Source: an uncultured Gammaproteobacteria bacterium (GTDB taxonomy: Bacteria; Patescibacteriota; Patescibacteriia; Patescibacteriales; UBA12465). From it: a stretch of DNA of 64,000 nucleotides. A program made the position numbers and the translations under genes. The notes beneath the pieces were generated by a model. It was not told the DNA's origin and did not search any database. It was given only the letters and a program-made list of their open reading frames with translations. The stretch lies in the NCBI GenBank assembly GCA_964408775.1, contig CAYPAP010000001.1:289839-353838 (forward strand). Direction: 5' to 3'. Of this stretch, positions 45,035 to 54,084 are shown in pieces (within the stretch, counting starts at the first letter, position 1; every line of letters begins with the position of its first letter).

Positions 45035-46156
45035 TTATTGTTTTATTGGCATAACTAAATACAAAAAGTCATCTCCTTTTTCAGGTCTGATAACACATGG
45101 TGTATTATTATCAACAACTCCCAATACAATATTTTCTGAATTAATATTATTTAACCCCTCTAATAAATATTTATAATTAACAAACACCTCATTGTCCCCC
45201 CCCTTAATATTCGCATCTAGTTCAATAAAATTTTCTCCCGCCTGACTAGAGCTAGATGAAATAATTATTTTATTTTTTATAAAATTCAAATTAACATCAT
45301 TTATTCCTGTTTTAGAAAAAAGACCAGCCGCTTTAATGGCTCGCGAAAAAATATTTTTATTAATAATGATTTTTGTTTTTTCCTCTTTCGGTATTATCTG
45401 TTTATAGTCCGGATAGTTTCCAACTATTATTCTAGACCCAATTTTAGTTGATCCAATTGAAAAAAATATTTGGTTATTATTTAAATATAAATTAACCTCC
45501 CCCTCTCCCTCAATCTGTTCTTCGGTCTTAAAGTTATTCAAAATTCTAACCAACTCCTGAATTGTTCTAGCAGGGACAATAATAGTAAACTCTTCTTCAT
45601 TTTTATTTTTAATTTTTATTTTTTTCTCAGCCAAGCGATAACTATCTGTTCCAACCAGGGTTAACTCTCCTGACAAAAAAGAGAAATAAACCCCAGACAA
45701 CTCAACCCTACCATCATTACTAGAAACAGAAAAAACAGTACTAGACAAGGCCTCCCTAAAATCCTCAACTGCAAAAGAATAAAAACTTTTTTGATCAATT
45801 TTTGGAAGAACCGGAAAGTCTTCGGCTGATTGTCCCTTTATTCTTGTTTTATGATTTTTAGAATCAACCTTTAAATCATCTTCAACCCTTTCTATTTCAA
45901 CCTTGTCCTCAGATAAAAGATTTATATAATCACTCATAATTCTGGCATCAACCGTAAACTCTCCCTCTTTTTCAACCTTTCCCCTTAAAGAGCTTTCTAT
46001 GCTTATTTCTAGATTAGTAGAAATTAGTTCTATCCCTTCTTTTTTTGCTTTTATTAAAATATTATTTAGTATCGGTAAATTTATATTTTTAGTTGTTAAA
46101 TGTGAAACTATGGCTAGGCCCTGTTTTAAGTTTTCTTTCAAAATTATAAATTTCAT
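45035..46156 (-). CDS. dnaN: DNA polymerase III beta sliding clamp
   Basis: 373 aa. N-terminus MKFIILKENLKQGL....H....K..LPIL.NILI. Located directly downstream of dnaA. Confidence 0.9.
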   Translation of the reverse strand: MKFIILKENLKQGLAIVSHLTTKNINLPILNNILIKAKKEGIELISTNLEISIESSLRGKVEKEGEFTVDARIMSDYINLLSEDKVEIERVEDDLKVDSKNHKTRIKGQSAEDFPVLPKIDQKSFYSFAVEDFREALSSTVFSVSSNDGRVELSGVYFSFLSGELTLVGTDSYRLAEKKIKIKNKNEEEFTIIVPARTIQELVRILNNFKTEEQIEGEGEVNLYLNNNQIFFSIGSTKIGSRIIVGNYPDYKQIIPKEEKTKIIINKNIFSRAIKAAGLFSKTGINDVNLNFIKNKIIISSSSSQAGENFIELDANIKGGDNEVFVNYKYLLEGLNNINSENIVLGVVDNNTPCVIRPEKGDDFLYLVMPIKQ

Positions 46157-46450
46157 ATTTTTCTTTTATATTTATTTTATATTATATTAAATAATAATAG
46201 TAATAAGGGGTGGGGATATGTTTGTTATTTTTTACTTCGGCTTTTGTTTTATTGTATTAAGTCGACCTTTTGACTGTTTATAACTATGTTTAAATTTTCG
46301 GTAAAAACTTTTTGATTTGTTAATAACTTTTTGTTTTTAAAACTTATACACATTTTATAAAAAACGATTAATAGTTTTTGCACAGATTTTAAATTTTTTA
46401 TTAACTTAATATCAACCGTTTATTAACAACTATTTTTTCTTTTTTTATAA
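46157..46450. other. dnaA-dnaN intergenic region, candidate oriC part
   Basis: Very AT-rich 294-bp spacer with a one-mismatch DnaA box TTATACACA near 46344. Confidence 0.35.
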
Positions 46451-47818
46451 CTATAAAGAGCCATATAACAGCTGTTTTATAGACTGAATGTCTTGAACAA
46501 GTTTTTCGTTTTCGTCTTTTTCTTTGTTTATTTTATTAAAGGCGTGGATGGCGGTTGTATGGTCTCTTCCCCCTAGGGCTTCTCCTATTGTGGGATAAGA
46601 CGTTTTTAATTCTTCTCTCATTAAAAATATAGATATTTGTCTGGGAAATACTAACTCTTTTTTTCTTTTTTCTCCCATTAGGTCTTTTACACTTATATTA
46701 TAAAACTGGGCAACGCTCTCTATTATGTCTTTGGGGCTCATCGGTTTTATTTGATTGTTGTTTGTTAAATCATTTAAAATGGTTTTTACCATTTTTAATG
46801 TTGGTTTTAGATTATGAAATTCGTGATAGGCAATAATTTTATTCAAAGCCCCCTCTAATTCTCTAATATTATTTTGGATACTTTCAGCAATATATTTTAA
46901 AACTTCATCTTCTATTATGTAATTCTTTTCTTTAGCCTTCTTTTCTAATATAGCAATTTTTGTTTCAATATCTGGTCTTCCAACGTCTGCCACCATGCCA
47001 GACTCAAATCGAGAAATTAGCCTTTTTTCAATCGCTGGGATGGCCTTTGGTGGCCTGTCAGAAGATAATACTATTTGTTTATCTCCCTGCTGTAATTCAT
47101 TGAAGGTGTGAAAAAACTCTTCTTGAGTTCCGTCTTTTCCCCCCATAAACTGAACATCATCTACTAATAGTAGATCAACGTTTCGATATAGATTTTTAAA
47201 TTCTTTTGCTCGCCCTCCTCTTATAGAGTCTATATAATTATTTGTGAATTGTTCACTGGTTGTGTATAAAACTTTTTTGTTGTTTTTTACTAGCTCGTTT
47301 CCCATAGCTTGAAGCAAATGAGTTTTTCCTAGTCCTACACCCCCGTAAATAAATAAAGGGTTGTAAGCCTTGCCCGGGTTGCTAACAATTGCCTGACAAG
47401 CTGCGTAGGCTAGCTCGGTTGCCTTGCCCACCACAAAAGTAGAAAAGGAATATTTTGGGTTCAGACCAAATCGGCTAACGTTTATTTTATTTTCTTGTGA
47501 GCAGGCTTTTATTGGTTCTTCTTTTTTTTCATTTTTTTTACTTATATCCTTCTCGCTGCTTTCTTCTTTTTTTAGATTTACACTGAATTCTATTTCAGTA
47601 ATTTTTTTTTCAACAATTTTTTCTATAGAAGATTTAATGGCCTTGTAATATTTTTGCTCTAACCATCTTTTAGTGAATTCATTTGGCACCGATATAATAA
47701 CCTTATTATCCTCTAGGCAATAAATAAAAGTGTTTTTAAACCAAGTAATAAAGTTTACCCTGGAAATTCCAATTTCTAGTTCGCCTAATACGGCTTGCCA
47801 AATTTGATCATTGGTCAT
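46451..47818 (-). CDS. dnaA: chromosomal replication initiator DnaA
   Basis: Walker A GGVGLGKTHL, box VII, and a C-terminal DNA-binding domain (GGRDHTTAIHA). Confidence 0.95.
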   Translation of the reverse strand: MTNDQIWQAVLGELEIGISRVNFITWFKNTFIYCLEDNKVIISVPNEFTKRWLEQKYYKAIKSSIEKIVEKKITEIEFSVNLKKEESSEKDISKKNEKKEEPIKACSQENKINVSRFGLNPKYSFSTFVVGKATELAYAACQAIVSNPGKAYNPLFIYGGVGLGKTHLLQAMGNELVKNNKKVLYTTSEQFTNNYIDSIRGGRAKEFKNLYRNVDLLLVDDVQFMGGKDGTQEEFFHTFNELQQGDKQIVLSSDRPPKAIPAIEKRLISRFESGMVADVGRPDIETKIAILEKKAKEKNYIIEDEVLKYIAESIQNNIRELEGALNKIIAYHEFHNLKPTLKMVKTILNDLTNNNQIKPMSPKDIIESVAQFYNISVKDLMGEKRKKELVFPRQISIFLMREELKTSYPTIGEALGGRDHTTAIHAFNKINKEKDENEKLVQDIQSIKQLLYGSL

Positions 47819-48125
47819 ATGTTTTTTAAAATAATTATTTTAGAGAATTAACTTGTTTAGTTTATTATAGTCGAAAAATAGGAATAAAACAATTTAAGGT
47901 TTGTTCAAATACTGTTTATAAGGTGTGGATAACATAATTATAGAAAAGTGCTCAAATGGTCGCGCCCCCTTGATGGAAAATAAGTGGTTGTTACTGGGTG
48001 GTTGTACATTAAACCAGTAATAAAAAAAAACAACTTCGTATAATTGAAATTGTTTTTTATCCGCTTTCATCCACGCATGGTTGTATGATCTTTGGTAAGC
48101 GACCCGTGGCTGTGGCGGGATGCAG
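47819..48125. other. region upstream of dnaA with DnaA boxes, candidate oriC part
   Basis: Perfect DnaA box TGTGGATAA at 47924-47932. Degenerate boxes TTATCCGCT (48057-48065) and TCATCCACG (48067-48075). Confidence 0.5.
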
Positions 48126-48199
48126 TGGGCGCACAAGGACTCGAACCCTGGACCCCTTCGGTGTAAACGAAGTGCTCTAACCAACTGAGCTATGCGCCC
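48126..48199 (-). tRNA. tRNA-Val (anticodon TAC)
   Basis: GGGCGCA/TGCGCCC acceptor, anticodon stem CTTCG/CGAAG with loop TTTACAC, T-loop TTCGAGT. Confidence 0.85.
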
Positions 48200-48211
48200 T
48201 ATATTTGTTTG

Positions 48212-48295
48212 TGGGCGAGAGAGGACTCGAACCTCCACGGGTTTTATCCCACAAACCCCTCAAGCTTGCGTGTCTGCCAGTTTCACCACTCGCCC
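48212..48295 (-). tRNA. tRNA-Leu (anticodon GAG)
   Basis: GGGCGAG/CTCGCCC acceptor, anticodon loop TTGAGGG, long variable arm, T-loop TTCGAGT. Confidence 0.8.
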
Positions 48296-48300
48296 AAGCC

Positions 48301-48642
48301 TTATTTTTTAATAACTTTTTCTTTTAACTTCTTCTTATAACCTCTTTTAAGAAAATAAAGCTTAGCTCGTCGCACCTCAGCTTGTTTTTTTATTTCTATT
48401 TTTGTTATTGTTGGAAGATTTAATGGAAATATTTTTTCGACTCCAACTCCATCGGATATTTTTCTTATTGTGATGGTTCCTCCGGTTTCTTTCCCGTGTT
48501 TTTTGGCAATAATAATACCCTCAAAGTACTGAACCCTTTCCTTCTCTTCTCCCTTAGCATTTAGTTCTTTTATTTTTTGATAAACCCGGACAGTCATACC
48601 TGGCTTTAGTTCGGCAAACTCCTCTTTTTTTGTTTCGGCCAT
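48301..48642 (-). CDS. rplS: 50S ribosomal protein L19
   Basis: L19 pattern (F..G..V.V..KI.E......R.Q.FEG.II..K......T.T.RKIS.GVGVE..FPL.S). Confidence 0.9.
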   Translation of the reverse strand: MAETKKEEFAELKPGMTVRVYQKIKELNAKGEEKERVQYFEGIIIAKKHGKETGGTITIRKISDGVGVEKIFPLNLPTITKIEIKKQAEVRRAKLYFLKRGYKKKLKEKVIKK

Positions 48643-48712
48643 ATTTTTAGTGTTATATTTATTTAAAATTAAAAAACAAGATTCTTCTTGTTTTTATATC
48701 TTATATTTTTAT

Positions 48713-49291
48713 TTAGCTTTTGTCAACAGATGTCCTTTTCAGGTTTTTTTCAATAAATTCGAAGGTTTTATTAAAAACCTCCTCTATTTTAAGATCGCTA
48801 GTATCTAAATAAAAATCGTAATTGTTTTTATTGTGAACATTGATATTAAAATATTTTTTATATCTTTTATTATCACTTTCTTGTCTGGCCCGGGTACTTC
48901 TTAAAACGTCTTCAACTGTGTCCAGATTTTTGTCTTCATTTCTTTTAGAGTTTGTTTTTAAATTTTTAAAAATTCTTTGAGCTCCAACCTCATCTTTGAC
49001 GTCAAGATATATTTTTAAAGAGTGAGGAATAAAGTGCCAGGAAGTCCTTCCCTCAATAATAAAATCATCTTTAGTTTTTCCAAGCTCTTCTTGAAGCTTA
49101 TCAACCTCTAAGTCGGTTGAAGGGTCTTTTTCTCCCAGTTTATTATATTCGGCTAGGGTTAATCCCATTTTTTTAGCAGCCTCTCGTCTTATCTCTCCCA
49201 TATAATATCTTGGCCAATTTAATTTCTCAGCAATCATTTTAGCTATAGTACTCTTTCCAGATCCTTGAGTCCCACCAATAGAAATTATCAT
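48713..49291 (-). CDS. cytidylate kinase-like P-loop NMP kinase
   Basis: P-loop ISIGGTQGSGKSTIAKMIAEKL and an NMP-kinase-like layout. Confidence 0.6.
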   Translation of the reverse strand: MIISIGGTQGSGKSTIAKMIAEKLNWPRYYMGEIRREAAKKMGLTLAEYNKLGEKDPSTDLEVDKLQEELGKTKDDFIIEGRTSWHFIPHSLKIYLDVKDEVGAQRIFKNLKTNSKRNEDKNLDTVEDVLRSTRARQESDNKRYKKYFNINVHNKNNYDFYLDTSDLKIEEVFNKTFEFIEKNLKRTSVDKS

Positions 49292-49439
49292 AAAAATAAT
49301 ATAAATTATTATAGTAGTTATTATAAACGCAAAAAATAAAAAAGTAAAATTTCTTTGAATATTTTTTTAAAATGTGGTATAATAAAAAAACAAAAGTTAA
49401 AGATCAATCATTTTTTACAAACCTCTAATTAATAAAAGT

Positions 49440-49865
49440 ATGAGTAGAAATAAAAAAATATTTTTTATCTTTCTGGCCATGGTTATTGTCTTGGCTGCAA
49501 TAATTTTGTCTATAATAACTAGTAGAAATGATGACAATGAAGTATATAAAAATGGAAAAATCATCAATAAAAGCTTTGTAGAAGAAACAACATTTATAGA
49601 AAGAGAAAATATTATTAAAGGTTTGCTGGCAGATAAATATGGAGTTGATAAAGGAGTTGAGGTTTTTATTGCCAGAGAATCAGACAGCCATATTAATGGA
49701 GTTTTTTTTATAGAAAACTATAACAATGAAGAGCTTTTTCGGGGGAAATTTTTTGCAAAAGCTGATAACTCCCTTGATATCATTTGGTCTGGAGGGGGAC
49801 AAATTGAGTGCCCAGCCATTGTTAATAATAACTTCCCTGTAGAAATGGCCCCAGAGTGTTTTTAA
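49440..49865 (+). CDS. hypothetical membrane-anchored protein
   Basis: 141 aa with an N-terminal TM helix. No family recognised. Confidence 0.45.
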   Translation: MSRNKKIFFIFLAMVIVLAAIILSIITSRNDDNEVYKNGKIINKSFVEETTFIERENIIKGLLADKYGVDKGVEVFIARESDSHINGVFFIENYNNEELFRGKFFAKADNSLDIIWSGGGQIECPAIVNNNFPVEMAPECF

Positions 49866-49889
49866 GACAATGTTTAAGTTTCTTTTAAT

Positions 49890-49918
49890 TTGACAAAAAG
49901 CTTTTATTAAAATATAAT
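49890..49918 (+). promoter_or_regulatory. consensus sigma70-type promoter upstream of rpmH
   Basis: TTGACA, 17-nt spacer, TATAAT. Confidence 0.7.
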
Positions 49919-49994
49919 ATGCTTGATTTTATAAATTTAATTATTTTAAAATAATTAGCTGTTAATTATTTTTTTATTTTAAAAATACAAAAAT

Positions 49995-50132
49995 ATGCCA
50001 AAGAGAACGTTTCAGCCAAATACCAAGAGAGCCAAGAGAAAGCATGGTTTTATGAAAAGAATGCAAACAAAAGATGGACAAGATGTTTTGAAAAGGCGCC
50101 GAGATAAGGGGCGCAAGGTTTTGAGCAAGTAA
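49995..50132 (+). CDS. rpmH: 50S ribosomal protein L34
   Basis: Manual translation gives [45 protein letters not shown]. It is below the ORF-track length cut-off. Confidence 0.9.
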   Translation: MPKRTFQPNTKRAKRKHGFMKRMQTKDGQDVLKRRRDKGRKVLSK

Positions 50133-50182
50133 AATTATTTTTATTTTCAAAATAAGATATTTTTTTAATTGTAAAAAATAAA

Positions 50183-50524
50183 ATGATTAAAAAAGAAAAG
50201 CGCCTAAGAAAGAAAAAGGACATTGATAATGTTTTTAAAAATGGAAAATCATTTTATTCTGGCTTATTGGGAGTAAAAATTTTAAAAAACAACTTAGAAT
50301 TTAATAGATATTGTGTTGTAATTTCGGCTAATATTAGCAAAAAAGCGTCAGAAAGAAACAAAATTAAAAGAAGAATAAAGGCCGTTATTTTAGAGGAAGA
50401 GCCCTTTTTAAAATCGGGATTTGATTGTTTAATTATCGCAAAAAAAGAAATTTCGTTGGCCGACTTTTTTTTTATAAATAGTGAAGTGAAAAAAACGTTT
50501 AAAAAAATTAGTCTTTATTCTTAA
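50183..50524 (+). CDS. rnpA: ribonuclease P protein component
   Basis: Basic 113-aa protein following rpmH. Contains an RNR-like motif ([12 protein letters not shown]). Confidence 0.85.
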   Translation: MIKKEKRLRKKKDIDNVFKNGKSFYSGLLGVKILKNNLEFNRYCVVISANISKKASERNKIKRRIKAVILEEEPFLKSGFDCLIIAKKEISLADFFFINSEVKKTFKKISLYS

Positions 50525-50805
50525 TGAAAATTTTTATGTTTTTTAGAGCTTGGTTTTTTGTAAGCCAATTTTTTAAGAAAATTTTTATCACTCTTATTAA
50601 GGTTTATCAAAAAACCCTTTCACCTGACCACGGTCTTTTAAAAGGATTTTTTCCTCATGGTTATTGTCGTTTTACCCCCACCTGCTCGCAGTATGGAATA
50701 GACGCTATCTCTAAGCACGGCGTTTTAATAGGGAGTTTAAAGGCAATGTGGCGTATATTAAGGTGTAACCCCTTTAATAAGGGCGGGCACGATCCGGTTA
50801 AGTAA
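50524..50805 (+). CDS. yidD: membrane protein insertion efficiency factor YidD
   Basis: YQKTLSP....[18 protein letters not shown]...G...[14 protein letters not shown]. Confidence 0.9.
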   Translation: MKIFMFFRAWFFVSQFFKKIFITLIKVYQKTLSPDHGLLKGFFPHGYCRFTPTCSQYGIDAISKHGVLIGSLKAMWRILRCNPFNKGGHDPVK

Positions 50806-50837
50806 TTTTTTATTAATAATTTATTATCTTTAATTCT

Positions 50838-51602
50838 ATGAATGGACTATTTGAAACCATTTTTTATCAACCAATTCTAAACTTATTAGTTTTTTTATAT
50901 AATACTTTCGGCGACCTGGGTGTGGCGATTATATTTTTAACGTTAATTATTAAGGTTATTTTATTGCCTTTATCAAAAAAATCTATTAAATCGCAAAAGG
51001 CCTTACAAGATCTTCAGCCCAAGATAGATGAGTTAAAGAAAAAGTTTAAAAATGATAAACAGGCGATGAGCCTAGCTTTAATGGCCCTTTATAAAGAAAA
51101 CAAGGTTAATCCCTTTTCTTCTTGTTTGCCGTTATTAATTCAATTACCTTTTTTTATTGCTATTTTCAAAGTTTTTCAAGACGGTTTTGCTCAAAATCAC
51201 TTAGATTTATTATATCCTTTTGTAAACAATCCAGAAGTTATAAATACGGTTAGTTTGGGATTTTTTGAATTATCGGAGAGAAGTATAGTTTTAGCCCTTT
51301 TAGCTGGAGCTGCTCAATTCTGGCAAGGAAAAATGATGATGTCTAAGAAGCCAGAAATTAAAACAGAGGGATCTAAGGACGAAAACATGATGGCCATAAT
51401 GAATAAACAGATGATGTATATTATGCCGGGGATTACAGTATTAATTGGCGTAAGCTTCCCAGCGGGTTTGACTTTTTATTGGTTTTTAACTACTTTATTT
51501 ACCGTTTTTCAGCAGAAACTTGTTTTTCATAAATCAAAAAAAAGCGAATCAAAGGAAAACATTGTTAAGGTTGTGGAGGAAAAAACGGGGTCCGAGAGAT
51601 AG
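50838..51602 (+). CDS. yidC: YidC/Oxa1 family membrane protein insertase
   Basis: Short YidC with conserved LPL..K...S......LQP....LKKK and P..GCLP.L.Q.P.F-like motifs. Confidence 0.88.
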   Translation: MNGLFETIFYQPILNLLVFLYNTFGDLGVAIIFLTLIIKVILLPLSKKSIKSQKALQDLQPKIDELKKKFKNDKQAMSLALMALYKENKVNPFSSCLPLLIQLPFFIAIFKVFQDGFAQNHLDLLYPFVNNPEVINTVSLGFFELSERSIVLALLAGAAQFWQGKMMMSKKPEIKTEGSKDENMMAIMNKQMMYIMPGITVLIGVSFPAGLTFYWFLTTLFTVFQQKLVFHKSKKSESKENIVKVVEEKTGSER

Positions 51603-51710
51603 AGATACATCGGCCTTAAAGGACGGAGAATGTCTGTTTGGGTTATTATAAATTTAATATAAATAGAAAAGTACACTGTTTTGTAACCAGTGCACTTTTT
51701 AAGAACTTCT

Positions 51711-51734
51711 AAATTGTTCTACGTAGAACAATTT
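51711..51734. repeat. perfect palindrome, copy 1 (AAATTGTTCTACGTAGAACAATTT)
   Basis: Self-complementary over 24 bp. Core is TGTTCTACGTAGAACA. Confidence 0.9.
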
Positions 51735-51790
51735 TTTTGCTTATTAGGAGAGGCAGTTTAATTTTTTATAGAATCAAGTTGTCTTTTTTT

Positions 51791-51806
51791 TGTTCTACGT
51801 AGAACA
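51791..51806. repeat. perfect palindrome, copy 2 (TGTTCTACGTAGAACA)
   Basis: Self-complementary over 16 bp. Confidence 0.9.
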
Positions 51807-51960
51807 TTTATTGTTTATTTTAGAAAATAAATGCGTTGTATTTTTATCTTTGTACACATAAAAGAACAAAGGTCTTAAGGGGGAATATAATAAGATATGT
51901 AGAAAGACCATGTTTAGAGGGATTAAGGCTTTTAAGGTTTTTATAATGTGGGGGTGATAA

Positions 51961-51992
51961 TTAAAAAATGTTCTACGTAGAACATTTTTTAA
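51961..51992. repeat. perfect palindrome, copy 3 (TTAAAAAATGTTCTACGTAGAACATTTTTTAA)
   Basis: Self-complementary over 32 bp. Confidence 0.9.
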
Positions 51993-52109
51993 TTTATTTT
52001 AAGAAAGAGAATTCTTTTTATTTTGGTTTCTATATATAGAAGGCTAAAGAGTTTTGAAAAAAGATAAGAATGGGACAAAATATAAATATATAGAAGGTTT
52101 TTTCCTAAA

Positions 52110-53186
52110 TTAGTCTAAAAGGCACCGCACAGCCAAGCCATTAGCTCGGCCGTAACTGTTCATGTATGCATTACTACTATCGAAGTAAAGGTAGCGCGAA
52201 TTCGTGCCATCTACGGAACTCGCCCAATAGCGGCCGCTAGAACCAACATCGTAGCGAACGCCCACCTGTCGGTGGCTGTAGCCGGCTAATGTAAGTTTTA
52301 AAGGTGTGGCAAAGGCTCCGGCTGAGTTGTGTGTTCCCCAGCTTACTCTTTCAGCTTCCCATTCTGCTTCGGTTGGTATTCTCCAGTCACTTGGACAGGG
52401 GTTATTAACTCCACTTGCTCCTTGCCATAGATTATTGTTTTCCGGACTACGCCAGTCATTAGGAGAACTTCCGTTAGTTATAAAATTAGCATGTCCTGGG
52501 GTGTCGGTGGTGGCCAATGTTGCTGTTGTAGCTGGAGCTGGACTTCTAACTTGATGCCCATCATCTAATCTGCCCCATTGGAATAGGTCACCATAGGCGG
52601 CGGCATCAGTGGAGGATATGGCTACTTGCGTGGCTCCGAGGTTGCGGTCTAACCAACATTCAGTAGTAGTTGCATTTAATACAGTTCCGTAGGTTACAGG
52701 AGATCCGTTGTATGTGAAAGTCACCGTGTATTCTCCGCACCTAGGAACGTGGACCACCCCTGAAGGGCTGGCCTCTTTTAATCCAGCTGACAGGCTAGCT
52801 ATAGCACCTCCTGTACAAAAATCTATGGTATAGGTCGATCCGTCAGCAGATGTATAGGTGTAAGTGTTATCACTTTCCTCACAGTCTCCGTCTGCTGGAG
52901 TAGGCGCTGTTGGGACAGTGGCCATATAGGTTGATCCTCCCGTGGCTATAGTACTATCTATTTCTCCAGTTAGCGGATATGCTCCGGTATCATTATAATA
53001 CAGTTCTAATGCTGTTTGCATTTGTCTAACATCAGCTATTCTTTTAGCGTCTCGAGCATTTTTTCTAGCATTTTGTAGGGACACCACAGCTAGAGTAGCC
53101 AAAATACCAATTATGGCGATTACTACTAATAGTTCAATTAGAGTAAAGGCTGGCTTATAAGATCTCTTGACCTTAAATTTAAACAT
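52110..53186 (-). CDS. type IV pilin-like protein fused to a FISUMP (Fibrobacter succinogenes major paralogous) domain
   Basis: Prepilin N-terminus [21 protein letters not shown]-terminal motifs CWLDRNLGA, YGDLFQWGR, WRIPTEAEWEA, GRYWASS and GLAVRCLLD match the FISUMP pattern. The C-terminal two-thirds are strongly GC-enriched. Confidence 0.8.
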   Translation of the reverse strand: MFKFKVKRSYKPAFTLIELLVVIAIIGILATLAVVSLQNARKNARDAKRIADVRQMQTALELYYNDTGAYPLTGEIDSTIATGGSTYMATVPTAPTPADGDCEESDNTYTYTSADGSTYTIDFCTGGAIASLSAGLKEASPSGVVHVPRCGEYTVTFTYNGSPVTYGTVLNATTTECWLDRNLGATQVAISSTDAAAYGDLFQWGRLDDGHQVRSPAPATTATLATTDTPGHANFITNGSSPNDWRSPENNNLWQGASGVNNPCPSDWRIPTEAEWEAERVSWGTHNSAGAFATPLKLTLAGYSHRQVGVRYDVGSSGRYWASSVDGTNSRYLYFDSSNAYMNSYGRANGLAVRCLLD

Positions 53187-53269
53187 AGAATTAGTTTTTA
53201 TTAATATTTTTTAATCTACTAATGATGTAGATATATAAATCTATTTATTGTTATAAAAAACAATTCCAG

Positions 53270-53289
53270 AATGTTCTACGTAGAACATT
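53270..53289. repeat. perfect palindrome, copy 4 (AATGTTCTACGTAGAACATT)
   Basis: Self-complementary over 20 bp. Lies between gene 53340-54059 and the pilin-FISUMP gene. Confidence 0.9.
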
Positions 53290-53339
53290 TATAATTTTGT
53301 CTTGATGGCTTAAGCAACAATGGTCTCTCAAATAGTTTT

Positions 53340-54059
53340 TTAAAAAAGCCGTTCTTTCCCTACTATTAGGTCTATTGTTTTCTCAGATGGTTCTATTTTT
53401 ACCGGCAAACTCACCTCTATTAGCTCATCTATAAGTCCTTTTTCCTTTTCATTTAGAATTTCAGCCTTTTTTACTAAGAGGTGTGTTTTATTTTTTGATC
53501 CAATTTGTATATATAGGTTTAAAATTTTATCTTGAGGGTCTATTTTAATGTTTTCAAATATTTTTTTAGCTGGAGGAAGGTTATAAACAAAAAGATCTCC
53601 ATTTTTTTGAGGAGAGATGGTGTATGAGTCGTTTATTTTAATTGATGTATCTTTACCCTTTATAAAAAAGTTATTTATAAATAAAACATCATTAGCTTCC
53701 GCTAAATTTATTTTTTCAATTCGGCGACTTGATAAAATAAAACAAGCCTCTTTTTCGTTAGGGATACCTAGAGAGCTGGCAATAGAATTTTCGTTCCCGA
53801 CAGGAATTAGCGCTAATGGTACTTTTTCGCTAAAATTAGCTAAAATATTTATAATAAGATTTGCCGTTTTATTATTGCCAACCGAAATAATGGTTTTAGC
53901 CCCGTTATTTATTTCTTTTTGCAGGGCCTCTTTTGGGTTTTTAATGTTTTTTAGATAAATAATCTTCCCTTGAAGATTCAATTTATTAAGACTTTCTTCA
54001 ATTGTTCTTACGGTTTTCTTGTATTTATCTAAAAAATCATCGTAAACAAATATGTTCAT
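53340..54059 (-). CDS. diacylglycerol/lipid kinase catalytic-domain-like protein (degenerate GGDGT motif)
   Basis: Layout resembles the DAGK_cat/YegS family (IISVGNNKTANLIIN... LALIPVGNENSIASSLGIP). Confidence 0.5.
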   Translation of the reverse strand: MNIFVYDDFLDKYKKTVRTIEESLNKLNLQGKIIYLKNIKNPKEALQKEINNGAKTIISVGNNKTANLIINILANFSEKVPLALIPVGNENSIASSLGIPNEKEACFILSSRRIEKINLAEANDVLFINNFFIKGKDTSIKINDSYTISPQKNGDLFVYNLPPAKKIFENIKIDPQDKILNLYIQIGSKNKTHLLVKKAEILNEKEKGLIDELIEVSLPVKIEPSEKTIDLIVGKERLF

Positions 54060-54084
54060 ATTTTATGATGATAATCGTTTGTGT

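Noticed and set aside
44767-45054. 95-aa plus-strand ORF
   Set aside because: It is composed of the tRNA-Asp and tRNA-Gly genes plus the terminator. It is an artefact of the GC-rich tRNA sequence.
47894-48238. 114-aa minus-strand ORF
   Set aside because: It overlaps tRNA-Val, part of tRNA-Leu and the DnaA-box region upstream of dnaA.
51711-53289. Palindromes as LexA/SOS boxes
   Set aside because: The Gram-positive-type SOS box is GAAC-N4-GTTC. Here the half-sites are in the opposite order (GTTC-N6-GAAC), and no DNA-repair gene is adjacent.
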